DNA of 56,227 nt from a virus (Duplodnaviria; Caudoviricetes), in the IMG/VR virus record IMGVR_UViG_3300031885_000017, positions 1 through 56,227 of that record; one strand, given 5' to 3'. The notes beneath the pieces were generated by a model. It was not told where the DNA came from and searched no databases. It saw only the letters and a program-made list of their open reading frames with translations. Shown here piece by piece: positions 48,435 through 56,227 of this stretch (position 1 is its first letter; each line of letters starts with the position of its first letter). The translations under genes and the position numbers were made by a program.

Positions 48435-48779
48435 CTATTCACACGCTCCTCTCAGTGCATCCAAGAGCCGTAGGGCTTCGTCACGCTCTATGCCTTCAAT
48501 GGCGACATCCTCTGTCCCATTCTCCTTTAGCGTCGCGCACGCCGTCGCCCAGATAGCCGGATCAAGCGCCATTGCTTCGCGGAAAGGTGCCGCCAATTCA
48601 TCGTCAGCAACCGCTTCAGGAATTGCTGTGGCCTCTAGGGTAGGTGTAGGCGTGCTAGCCGCCTGGGTTGCTGTGGCTGCTTCCTGTGTAGGGGCAACCT
48701 CTGGTGTCATTGGTGCTCCCCTTGAGGAGCACGCTGCCAGGATTAAGGGAATGATGGCTGCCAGCCAGAGTCGTTTCAT
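48435..48779 (-). CDS. Lipoprotein
   Basis: MKRLWLAAIIPLILAAC lipobox, Pro/Thr linker, two further Cys. Confidence 0.7.
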   Translation of the reverse strand: MKRLWLAAIIPLILAACSSRGAPMTPEVAPTQEAATATQAASTPTPTLEATAIPEAVADDELAAPFREAMALDPAIWATACATLKENGTEDVAIEGIERDEALRLLDALRGACE

Positions 48780-50032
48780 GCTACCTTCTCCTTCCTATCT
48801 CCCTTCTGCTTCAGTGCCGGTTAGGTCCAGGTGCCGAAGGGCAGACCGGCGCCGCCCCTCGTTGTCAACGTCTGCGCCGGGCACCCACCCACAGATGAAA
48901 CACCACCCGGCTTTCGCCCAGGTCGCGTCTTCAGTGGGGATGTCGTTCTCCTTGGCGCACTGCGTACAGACGTGTTGCACTACGTTGCCGTCAACTATTC
49001 TGATTAGCATGGTTTCCGCCTTACGCTACGGGGATGTTCTCTATCTCCCCCAGGTCGTACCACTCAGCCGTCTCGTCTAAATCCGGCTCGAAGATTGACC
49101 CGCCCTGTGCTATCCGATCCGCCGGGTCTATGTCCGGCGGCTCTCCGTCCGTGGTCCGGGTTGGGAAGAGGTCTACCCCATGCTTGTGCTCGTGTACGAG
49201 AATCCAGAGTTTCATTTCCTTCTCCTTGCAACTTCCTTCTCTAGCTGCTTGCTGCACCACAAGAAGCGGTGCTGGTAGGGAATGATTGAGCCGCAGATGT
49301 GGCACGGTGCGGGTTCCCGCCGTGCGAACCGGGCCGCCAGACCGTCGAAGCCCACGGGCGCGGTGTAGTTGTCCGGCGCTAGGTGGGTGCTCGCCGGGTC
49401 CGGGTAGTCCGGCCCCAGGACAAGTCTTCTCAGCGGCTCAACGATTCTCACTTCTCTTAGGCCTTCGCTCCCGGCCCGGAGGCTCTGTATCCGGGCCGGA
49501 GTGCCAGGGTCGAAGACTGGACCCGGTGAAGCCGACAATCTTATGCCGCTCGCCCTAGCGCACGCCTACCCCCTTTCCTAACTCTGGTAGGAGGCGGGCC
49601 AGCGCTTCGTACTCTAGCTTTGCCTCCCGGTCGCCGCGTTCAGCCTGTTCCTTCGCGTGATCCCTGCGGTGGGCTATCGCCTCAGTTGGACTTTCCCCAA
49701 CATGCTGTCGGGCCACTAACTCGCCAGCCAACCGATTCAGCCGCCAGGCCGCCATGTATGCCTCACTCTTCGCTTGGCCCTCTACTTCCTTCGCGGCCTG
49801 TTCGAGCCGCCACTGCCACAGGGTGCATTCGATTGTCATTGGGCAGCCTCCTTGGTGATCGCCACATGGAGGGCGGCACGGCACTCTCGGACGGTATGCC
49901 GGAGCGTACCGATCCGCTTCTCACTGTTAGCCGCCTGATGTAGCTCGTCTGCTACGATCTTCGCCACGTCTAGGAGCGTGGCATTAGGTGGTATGCGCTC
50001 ACAGAGCGGGCCAAACCCGAATCCTAGTGCGT

Positions 50033-50443
50033 TCATCCCGGCCCCCTCGCCTGAGCTTCCTTGACCGTCTCAACGATCTCCGGGACGCCGCTCTCTATGT
50101 AGCCCAGGCGGGCGTCTAGCTCCGGCCAGCCGGAGGGCTTCAGGGCAACCCAAACGTCCGGCGTGAAGTTGTAGGGCACGAAATGGGAGATGATCTGCCC
50201 GCCCCACCTTACGATGCTGAATGAGAACGCCCCCTGCCCTTTGGCATCGTCGCCATCAAACGCTTCGCCGTCCTCTAGCATTAGAGACAGGTCGATAGCG
50301 TCCTCGCCCTCGCCTACTGCTAGGTGGAAGCCGTAGTCGTCGGCGTTGTCTTCCCAGTCCTCCCCGCCCAGCTCGGCCTTCAGTGCCTTGATTGCCTGCT
50401 GGAGCCGTGGGCGGAAGTGCTTATAGGTGCTCAGGTACGTCAT
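50033..50443 (-). CDS. Acidic hypothetical protein
   Basis: RBS GAGGGGAGAG; ORF. Confidence 0.6.
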   Translation of the reverse strand: MTYLSTYKHFRPRLQQAIKALKAELGGEDWEDNADDYGFHLAVGEGEDAIDLSLMLEDGEAFDGDDAKGQGAFSFSIVRWGGQIISHFVPYNFTPDVWVALKPSGWPELDARLGYIESGVPEIVETVKEAQARGPG

Positions 50444-50668
50444 TTGCTTCTCTCCCCTCTGTGCGCTCGCCGCGCACGTTGCCGCTGGCCTACAGGTGGA
50501 AGCGCCGGGCGCTGTCGCCCGTTCTCCCATGCCGACAGGCCACGGGCTTTGCATTATTAGGATTAGCTACCCTACACCCGCATATCAGACAGGCCACCAT
50601 GCCCATGACCTCGCGCATGATGGGCCGCTGACAGCGGCAGTAGGCGGTAAAGCCCGGACTGCCCGCTC

Positions 50669-51139
50669 TCACTGCGCCACCCCTACCACTAGAGCTGCGA
50701 GCCGGTGTCCGGGTGGGTGTCCCCATACCCGGCGGGTTCCGTGATCGTAGTCCACAACGTAGCCGTGGCCTGTGTCTGCGCCGCTGATTGCGGCGGCCAG
50801 CGGCACAAGGCGGTTGCTATTCCACCGGCGTAAGAAGCCCAAGATTCGCCAGTCTGAGTAGGTGAATCCGCTGGGGCCATCACTCCGATTGCTCACGTCG
50901 CCGTCCGGGGTAAGGCTGTAGACCGTGCCATCCCGTAGGCGCATGGTGATCTGACTTGCCGCCGCTGGCCCCTTGCCATCCGCCCATGAGCCGCTGACAG
51001 CGGCAAGGTAGGCGGCACCGTTCCGGGGCGCTCCCAGACATGCACAAGTAGGGCATTGCGCCACTTGCACGATGCTCTGACAGAGCCCCCGGCAGGTGTA
51101 GAAACACCCGCAGCTTGGGCAATAGTGAACCTTGATCAC
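50669..51139 (-). CDS. Cys-rich hypothetical protein
   Basis: CPSC/CRGLC/CPTC; start-associated motif upstream. Confidence 0.5.
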   Translation of the reverse strand: MIKVHYCPSCGCFYTCRGLCQSIVQVAQCPTCACLGAPRNGAAYLAAVSGSWADGKGPAAASQITMRLRDGTVYSLTPDGDVSNRSDGPSGFTYSDWRILGFLRRWNSNRLVPLAAAISGADTGHGYVVDYDHGTRRVWGHPPGHRLAALVVGVAQ

Positions 51140-52210
51140 GGTGTCCCTCTCCCTTCAGGTGGCCGGGTTAGCAGATTCGCCGTCTGCTAGTGGCCTCTAT
51201 AGTATCGGCACGTGGGCCGGATTCTTGAATCCTCCCCCAAGACCAACAGGCCACCCTCCCCCGTGCTATACGACCTTTGCTCCTAAGCACCCCCGGCGAT
51301 AATTGTTGCCTTGATTGCCTGGGCGTGGGATATGAACTCGTCCAGGATGGCAAGCGTAAAGTCACGGGGCGAGTCTGCTACGTCTTCCTCGCAGCCGTCC
51401 AGAGCATCGACTAGGGTTTCGTAGATGGCCGCGTATTCAGACGCCCCCACCATCTTGGGGTCTGTCAGTCCGAAATCTTCCGGGTGTGCCACTGTACCTT
51501 CCCTCTTTTCTGTTTACGTTCTGGCTCGTCGTTTGTTGCTCTTGGGGTCAAACCCCACGAGCAAGCAACAAGCAAACCCAAGAGGAACCTTCTACCCCTT
51601 CTTAGCTTCCAACCGGGGCTCTAGGTAGTAGGTCACTGCCCGAACGAGCGGCTTCGACAGTCCCCCGGCAGCTCTCGCCTTCAGTGAGTACCTGGACTTG
51701 AGTGCCTTGTTGTCAACTTTGTCTTTTGGCATGGGTCAGGGCTCCTATTCAGCCTCATCCGGTTCGTACTCAGACCAATCGAAGAGGCCGATGCATCCGT
51801 ACTCGGCACCGATCTCGTCCGGGCTCTTCCAGGCGTCCGGGAACACTGGCAGGCGGTACTCCTGGTGATCGATGTCGAATACTAGTGTCTCTTGTCGGAT
51901 GCTACTCCCACCGAATCCGATGAAGTGAGCGCCGGGCGGTGCTGTCTTCTGTAACTTGGCGATCCGGCGGGTCCGATAGCCGCCTTTTCCTCTCGGCATG
52001 TTGGCTTCTCCCTCCTGCTTTGATCCTTGCCTCTGCCGCCCAGAGCCATCATTCTGGGTTTCCGCGCTCCTGGTGTCCTACTCTTGGCGCATACGGCAAT
52101 CGGCAGAGGCAAGGGCCAAAGGCCCGTATTCTGTTGTGAAGGAGGGGGGCATCCCTGCCCCTGTATGCGGCTTTTCCTTGTCGCTCTTAGTATCGGCCCG
52201 GTTGCCCCAT

Positions 52211-52384
52211 TCCTAATAGGGCTAGGGTGACGGTTGAGTGACATCCCTAATAGAGATAGCACATCCGGGGCCGCTTGTCAAGGGGGTAGGCCGGGAAACT
52301 TTCAGGAAGGCATACCACCTTAGGGCTCAGGTTCAGCCCCTAATAGAGCTAGCGCCCATTGCCTTGTGTCCCTAATAGTGCTAG
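52211..52384 (-). promoter_or_regulatory. Early promoter with 4 operator-like sites
   Basis: TTGACA (52276-52281)-17-TATCTC; motif copies at 52211, 52245, 52338, 52370. Confidence 0.65.
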
Positions 52385-53071
52385 GCCCATTGCGCCACCC
52401 TACCCCATGCCCAAAGCACCAGGACAACAGCCAACAGCCAACAGCCACCGAACCAGAGACAAGGGGTATGCCCTATCCTGTGTTGCGTTGCACGCTACGC
52501 AAGGGCCAGGTTCCTCCGGTCCATCCGCCTATGCCCCTTATCCTTTGGCTGCCAGCCCCTTGCCTCTTGCTCTGAGGTTCTTTGGTCTAGTTCTGGTATG
52601 ACATGGCTTTGGTATCTCTACGGTGTCGTTTGGTTTCTGCTTCTGTTTCGCTTCTGTATCTGATGTCTCATGCAAAAAGTTACAATTTTCGGCTTAGGGG
52701 CCCCGGAGCCTCCGTACCTTCGCTGTGGGTACAAGAATACTCAGCCAACGAACTTGTACCCTTTGTGTGGGGCCCCGACCAAAGCAAGAGACCATTAGCC
52801 CCTAGGCTAAAATTAGCTTCCAGGCTAAATATCGCCCAGGGGCCCCAGCCGGTTAAGGGAGAAATCGCACACTCTCTTACCCTACGCGATTACTCTCGCA
52901 ACCGTGAGCTGCTGCTGGCCTCAGTTCCTACAGTAGAAGTCGGTCTTTGATGAGGAAGTAGACCGCGGCACCGTTGAGGAGAAGCCATGTACCGGCGCCG
53001 ATGAGGAGGCAGCGGATGAGGAGGTAGGCGGAGGCGGGTACGCTGTGGGGCATGGGATCCTCCTGCCTCTA

Positions 53072-53332
53072 TTATCGGCGGGATTGCTGGTAGATGCAGG
53101 AGGGGCAGGTTCCGAGGTGTTCTCGGTAGTGGATGGGGCAGTAGTAGACGCGCTTGATGTCTGCGGGGATTGGCGGTAGGCCCTCCGCCACCGACTGTCC
53201 ATCCTTCACAGTGAAGAAGACGCCGCACGGGTAGCAGTGCCACTCGCCGGAGCGCGTGAGCGGGGAACTTACGTCCCGCTTGAGGCCGCACTTGGGGCAG
53301 CGGGGATAGGTGGCTAGGTTGCGGCCGCCCAT
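53072..53332 (-). CDS. Zn-finger protein
   Basis: CPKC, CYPC, CPIH, CPSC. Confidence 0.6.
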   Translation of the reverse strand: MGGRNLATYPRCPKCGLKRDVSSPLTRSGEWHCYPCGVFFTVKDGQSVAEGLPPIPADIKRVYYCPIHYREHLGTCPSCIYQQSRR

Positions 53333-53800
53333 CTAGTCGTCTCCTTGTGTGCAGATGGGTGAAGTTTCTTCGGGCCTCTGCACACCCCACGATTCGGGGA
53401 ACTCCCACAGAGGCCTCTCGGCGCCGTCGGTGAAGATAAGGGGTACATCCGGACGGAGTTTCATCAGTACGTGGCCGAGCAGGACGCGATGGCAATAGAG
53501 TTTGGTATGGGGCTGCTGGCGGGCCGTGGTACACCAGCAGCAAAGGGTAAGGTCAACGGCAGGGTCCAGGGTGTCGGCCCAAGCCGTAAGCCGCGTCCAG
53601 ACCTCTTCGCTGGCCAGGTAGTCGAGGTAGCGGGCCCTGAAGGTATCGGGGTCGAGGTGGCGGAGGGCGTTGCCCTGGGTGTCGCGGGCGCCGAGGAAGG
53701 ATAGGGTGCGCTTGTCGCCGGTGAAGGAGTCGGGCGCCCAGCGTGCGATGGAGTAGCGGGGCCCCTTACCGGGGCCGAAGAAGGAGGAAAGGTAGATCAT
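53333..53800 (-). CDS. DUF488-like protein
   Basis: IYLSSF, SIARWAP, F.ARY, TLCCW, CHR.LL. Confidence 0.7.
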   Translation of the reverse strand: MIYLSSFFGPGKGPRYSIARWAPDSFTGDKRTLSFLGARDTQGNALRHLDPDTFRARYLDYLASEEVWTRLTAWADTLDPAVDLTLCCWCTTARQQPHTKLYCHRVLLGHVLMKLRPDVPLIFTDGAERPLWEFPESWGVQRPEETSPICTQGDD

Positions 53801-54117
53801 TTCTCTGGGATCCTCTGTAGGCCTGCCTCCCGCAGGTCGTTGTCGTTCAGGGCACGGAGCCCTTCGGGGCTGATGGCCCACTCGCGGATGTAGTCATCCC
53901 ACACCGGGCGGATGAGGCCGCGCTTCCAGAGCTTGCCGAGGTATCCTCCCCCTGCCATTGCCATCATCACGCCCTTGGAGGCCCCGTTGGGACCGCACTT
54001 GTGTATCCGGTTGTGTCCGGGGCTATCGGGCCACATGAGGTCGGCGAAGCGACCCGGCGTGATGCGGCCGTGGTCGCGGATGATCTCAAGGGCTCTTCGC
54101 TGAGGTTGCGTTAGCAC
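53797..54117 (-). CDS. Winged-helix-like protein
   Basis: LTQPQRRALEII..ITP..FA..LGKLWKRGLI. Confidence 0.55.
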   Translation of the reverse strand: MLTQPQRRALEIIRDHGRITPGRFADLMWPDSPGHNRIHKCGPNGASKGVMMAMAGGGYLGKLWKRGLIRPVWDDYIREWAISPEGLRALNDNDLREAGLQRIPEK

Positions 54118-54122
54118 TCGTC

Positions 54123-54401
54123 CTACCCTCCAGAATGTGGGCAGCCGCCGGATCGCTGGTTCTCGGCCAGGGTAGTGAGGGTGTCAATTAGACAGAGGTA
54201 GCACTCCCACCACCAAGTTCCTGAACCCACAGGGTTCCCTTGCTCCTGACACCCGCGGCAGTTGGCGATGTGCTCCGCGTCCCGTTCTCCGTAGACCTCG
54301 AAGTAGGGGGCGAAGAGACGGCGCCGGTGGCAACGGTCACAGCGGGCCAGGAGACGGAAGGTAGGGTCTACGACCCAGGAACGGATGGGTGGAAGTGGCA
54401 T
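54123..54401 (-). CDS. Cys-rich hypothetical protein
   Basis: Three CxxC motifs. Confidence 0.5.
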   Translation of the reverse strand: MPLPPIRSWVVDPTFRLLARCDRCHRRRLFAPYFEVYGERDAEHIANCRGCQEQGNPVGSGTWWWECYLCLIDTLTTLAENQRSGGCPHSGG

Positions 54402-54904
54402 GTTCCTATCCGCCGGGGGTCAATATGGGGTGGTAGAAGAAGATGGGCTTGTTGTCGGGGCGCCGGATCACGATCTCCGTTCGGGAGGGGTCAATGCTGA
54501 TCTGAAACCGGGCTGCCAACACTGCACTCCGGGCGCTTTTGTGTCCAACACCCCCGGCGTATCCGGTGGGGAACAGCGTGTATTCGTCGTAGGTGTAGGT
54601 CATTGCCTTCTCCTCGATGGATGGAGGATCCGCCCCGTCAACGGAGCAAACCCTCCACCACCGCACATCTGGAGTCTCACCCCATAACCCCATGTCCCAG
54701 GTGCGTGCCCGAAGGCCGCTTCTCATTTCTCCCCGACTGGCCTGGCCGGGGCTACCAGCCGCTAGCAGGCTGGCCCGATAATTCGCCTGGGCTTTCCACC
54801 TTGATTGTACCAAGGCGACTTCGCCATTTGCAACATCGCTTCTTGTATCAGCCATTTGGCCGATACTAGAAGGGGAGATGGCTGTGAACCAGGGAGGGTT
54901 GATG

Positions 54905-55040
54905 AAATTACCGAAGGCACCGGATTTTGGGGTCCGGTGCCTTCGACTCTCTGAAGACGCAGGGTGTATTGTGGCGGAGAAGGCGGCGACCTTCAGACGC
55001 CACCACCCCGGCCTTTGAAGGGAGAGAGCTACATCACGGC
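54905..55040 (-). ncRNA. Candidate structured small RNA with anti-RBS seed
   Basis: Downstream of TTGCAT-17-TAACAT; rod-like fold with G-U pairs valid only on the minus strand; 13-bp hairpin 54912-54945. Confidence 0.55.
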
Positions 55041-55044
55041 ATTT

Positions 55045-55073
55045 ATGTTACCAAATGTTCACTGGGGATGCAA
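55045..55073 (-). promoter_or_regulatory. Sigma70-type promoter
   Basis: TTGCAT-CCCCAGTGAACATTTGG(17)-TAACAT. Confidence 0.65.
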
Positions 55074-55096
55074 GCCCCATTTCTGTAAACATTTTC

Positions 55097-55927
55097 CTAG
55101 AGATTATCGGCGGGGGAGTAGAGATCGTGAGCCCGCTGCGCCAGTTCCTCGGCGTAGGCGGCGGTGTAGCGCCGGAGCATCACCACACTCTTCCATCCGC
55201 AGATTTCCATTATATCTGAGTCCTGAGCGCCGAGGCGTTTCATCTGACAAGCGGCCGCCCGGCGGAAGGCATGGACTCCCTTGTGCTCAACCCCGGCCCG
55301 TCGGCAGAGGCGCCGGACGAGCTGGAGGACGCCCGACTCCGTTAGGGGGCCGCGTTCACCCCGCCAGAGGGTGCCGTTGTTGGTGCCCCAAGAGCGGATA
55401 TACTGGCGGAGGGCCTGGAGGGTGGTGGCGCCCAGCGGTACACTCCGGGTGCCGGTCTTACCCGTAACCTGGACCTTTCTGCACTCCCAGTGTATCTCTC
55501 CCATCGAGATCAACTCCCCCTCGCGGACGCCCGTATCATAGAGCGTGAGGATGAGGGCCCGATCCCGGATGTTGGTGCAGGCGGCGAGGAGTTGCCGGAT
55601 CTCTTTGTCTGTGTAGGTGGGCTGGGGCTCGGTGCGAAAGGCGGCCAGCCGGATGCCGGTCGTGGGATCGGAGGCCAGTTGGCCCTCGGCTACCAACCAG
55701 CGGAAGAAGCGCCGGAGGGCGATCTGGGCCTCCCGTAGGGTCTTGGCCTTGCGGCCGTTCTGGAAGACGATGAGGTACTCGCGCAGCAGGCCGGGTGTGG
55801 TCCCCGACAGCTCCCGGCCCCGCAGGTAGAGGCAGAAACGCCGGGCGTCCCGGACATAGTGGTAGATGGTGGAGGGACGGAGCCCCTCTAGTTGCAGTGT
55901 GCGGCCAAAGTCCTCTGTCAGCTCCAT
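55097..55927 (-). CDS. int: Tyrosine integrase
   Basis: TGVREGE (R), GKTG (K), HAFRR, GW, RRY; SAM-like N-domain. Confidence 0.93.
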   Translation of the reverse strand: MELTEDFGRTLQLEGLRPSTIYHYVRDARRFCLYLRGRELSGTTPGLLREYLIVFQNGRKAKTLREAQIALRRFFRWLVAEGQLASDPTTGIRLAAFRTEPQPTYTDKEIRQLLAACTNIRDRALILTLYDTGVREGELISMGEIHWECRKVQVTGKTGTRSVPLGATTLQALRQYIRSWGTNNGTLWRGERGPLTESGVLQLVRRLCRRAGVEHKGVHAFRRAAACQMKRLGAQDSDIMEICGWKSVVMLRRYTAAYAEELAQRAHDLYSPADNL

Positions 55928-55942
55928 CTCAGACTCAAAGTC

Positions 55943-55996
55943 AGCGGGCGGCTGTTAACCGCTAGGTTCCAGGTTCGAATCCTGGTCGGGGAGCCA
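55943..55996 (+). other. 3' part of tRNA-Asn(GTT), putative att core
   Basis: Anticodon arm GGCGG-CTGTTAA-CCGCT, T-arm CCAGG-TTCGAAT-CCTGG, ends GCCA; 5' acceptor strand and D-loop absent; 15 nt from int start. Confidence 0.85.
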
Positions 55997-56069
55997 ACGA
56001 AAAGCCCCGTCATGTGGCTGCACGGCGGCAGAACCGGGAAATGCAGCCGGATGGCGGGGAACCAGCCCC

Positions 56070-56098
56070 AGCCTAATCTCCTTCCCCCCACCTGTCAA
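56070..56098 (-). promoter_or_regulatory. Putative integrase promoter
   Basis: TTGACA-17-TAGGCT. Confidence 0.6.
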
Positions 56099-56122
56099 CC
56101 CCCAAACAAATACTCATTGGTA

Positions 56123-56153
56123 TTGACAATTCCTCCGCCCCTTCCTCTACACT
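56123..56153 (+). promoter_or_regulatory. Possible divergent rightward promoter
   Basis: TTGACA-19-TACACT (long spacer). Confidence 0.35.
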
Positions 56154-56227
56154 GAGAGTGTAAGGGATGCCTGCTGTTCGAGGGAGGGCCGCGGCGGTGT
56201 AACCACCGTCAACAGTGGGGGCGGCGA

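Larger units (their letters stand above)
40247..52000 (-). other. Early/accessory region of many short, coupled minus-strand ORFs
   Basis: Dozens of 45-190 aa ORFs with RBSs and ATGA/GTGA overlaps. Confidence 0.8.

Noticed and set aside
54964-55467. Plus-strand gene using GAAGGGAGAGAGC at 55017 as RBS
   Set aside because: Next ATG is 15 nt away and the ORF runs antisense into the integrase with no protein-like features
55900-55996. Complete tRNA-Asn gene
   Set aside because: No 5' acceptor strand complementary to the 3' CGGGGA and no D-loop; only the 3' part is present
1-56227. CRISPR array or diversity-generating retroelement
   Set aside because: No regularly spaced repeats or reverse transcriptase seen; fibre repeats differ at synonymous sites, not specifically at adenines
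1-56227. Genome-wide stop-codon reassignment
   Set aside because: Long conserved genes are intact in code 11, and TAG, TGA and TAA all end genes

Overview
The window is most of a high-GC, probably temperate, tailed phage genome. No tape-measure gene is visible, which suggests a podovirus-like virion. Portal and terminase large subunit are not in the window. Bases 1-18.8 kb (+) hold the virion module: scaffold end, SU10/DUF5309-like major capsid, a 4-repeat fibre-like protein, two paralogous adaptor genes flanking a ClpP protease, a nozzle and tail fibres. Bases 18.9-40 kb (-) hold nucleotide-metabolism, lysis and replication genes: NDT-fold enzymes, DUF5664, metallophosphoesterase, UDG-fused PolA, RuvC, exonuclease, RecA, SSB, primase, DnaB and three HNH nucleases. 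Bases 40-55 kb (-) are small early or accessory genes. They are followed by a tyrosine integrase and a 3' tRNA-Asn(GTT) fragment, the likely attP core. Main leads: (1) a promoter-driven, structured small RNA next to the integrase whose 5' segment is the exact complement of a 12-13 nt start-associated motif (GAAGGGAGAGAGC) found in front of many phage genes, a candidate RNA-based multi-target translation or lysogeny switch; (2) a second, thumb-less PolA paralog that appears catalytically dead; (3) a 15-bp asymmetric operator-like motif in 10 copies; (4) duplicated SD-ACG-GCG-AGG-TAG elements and non-canonical start codons. All family calls come from motif recognition by eye; no database searches were run.
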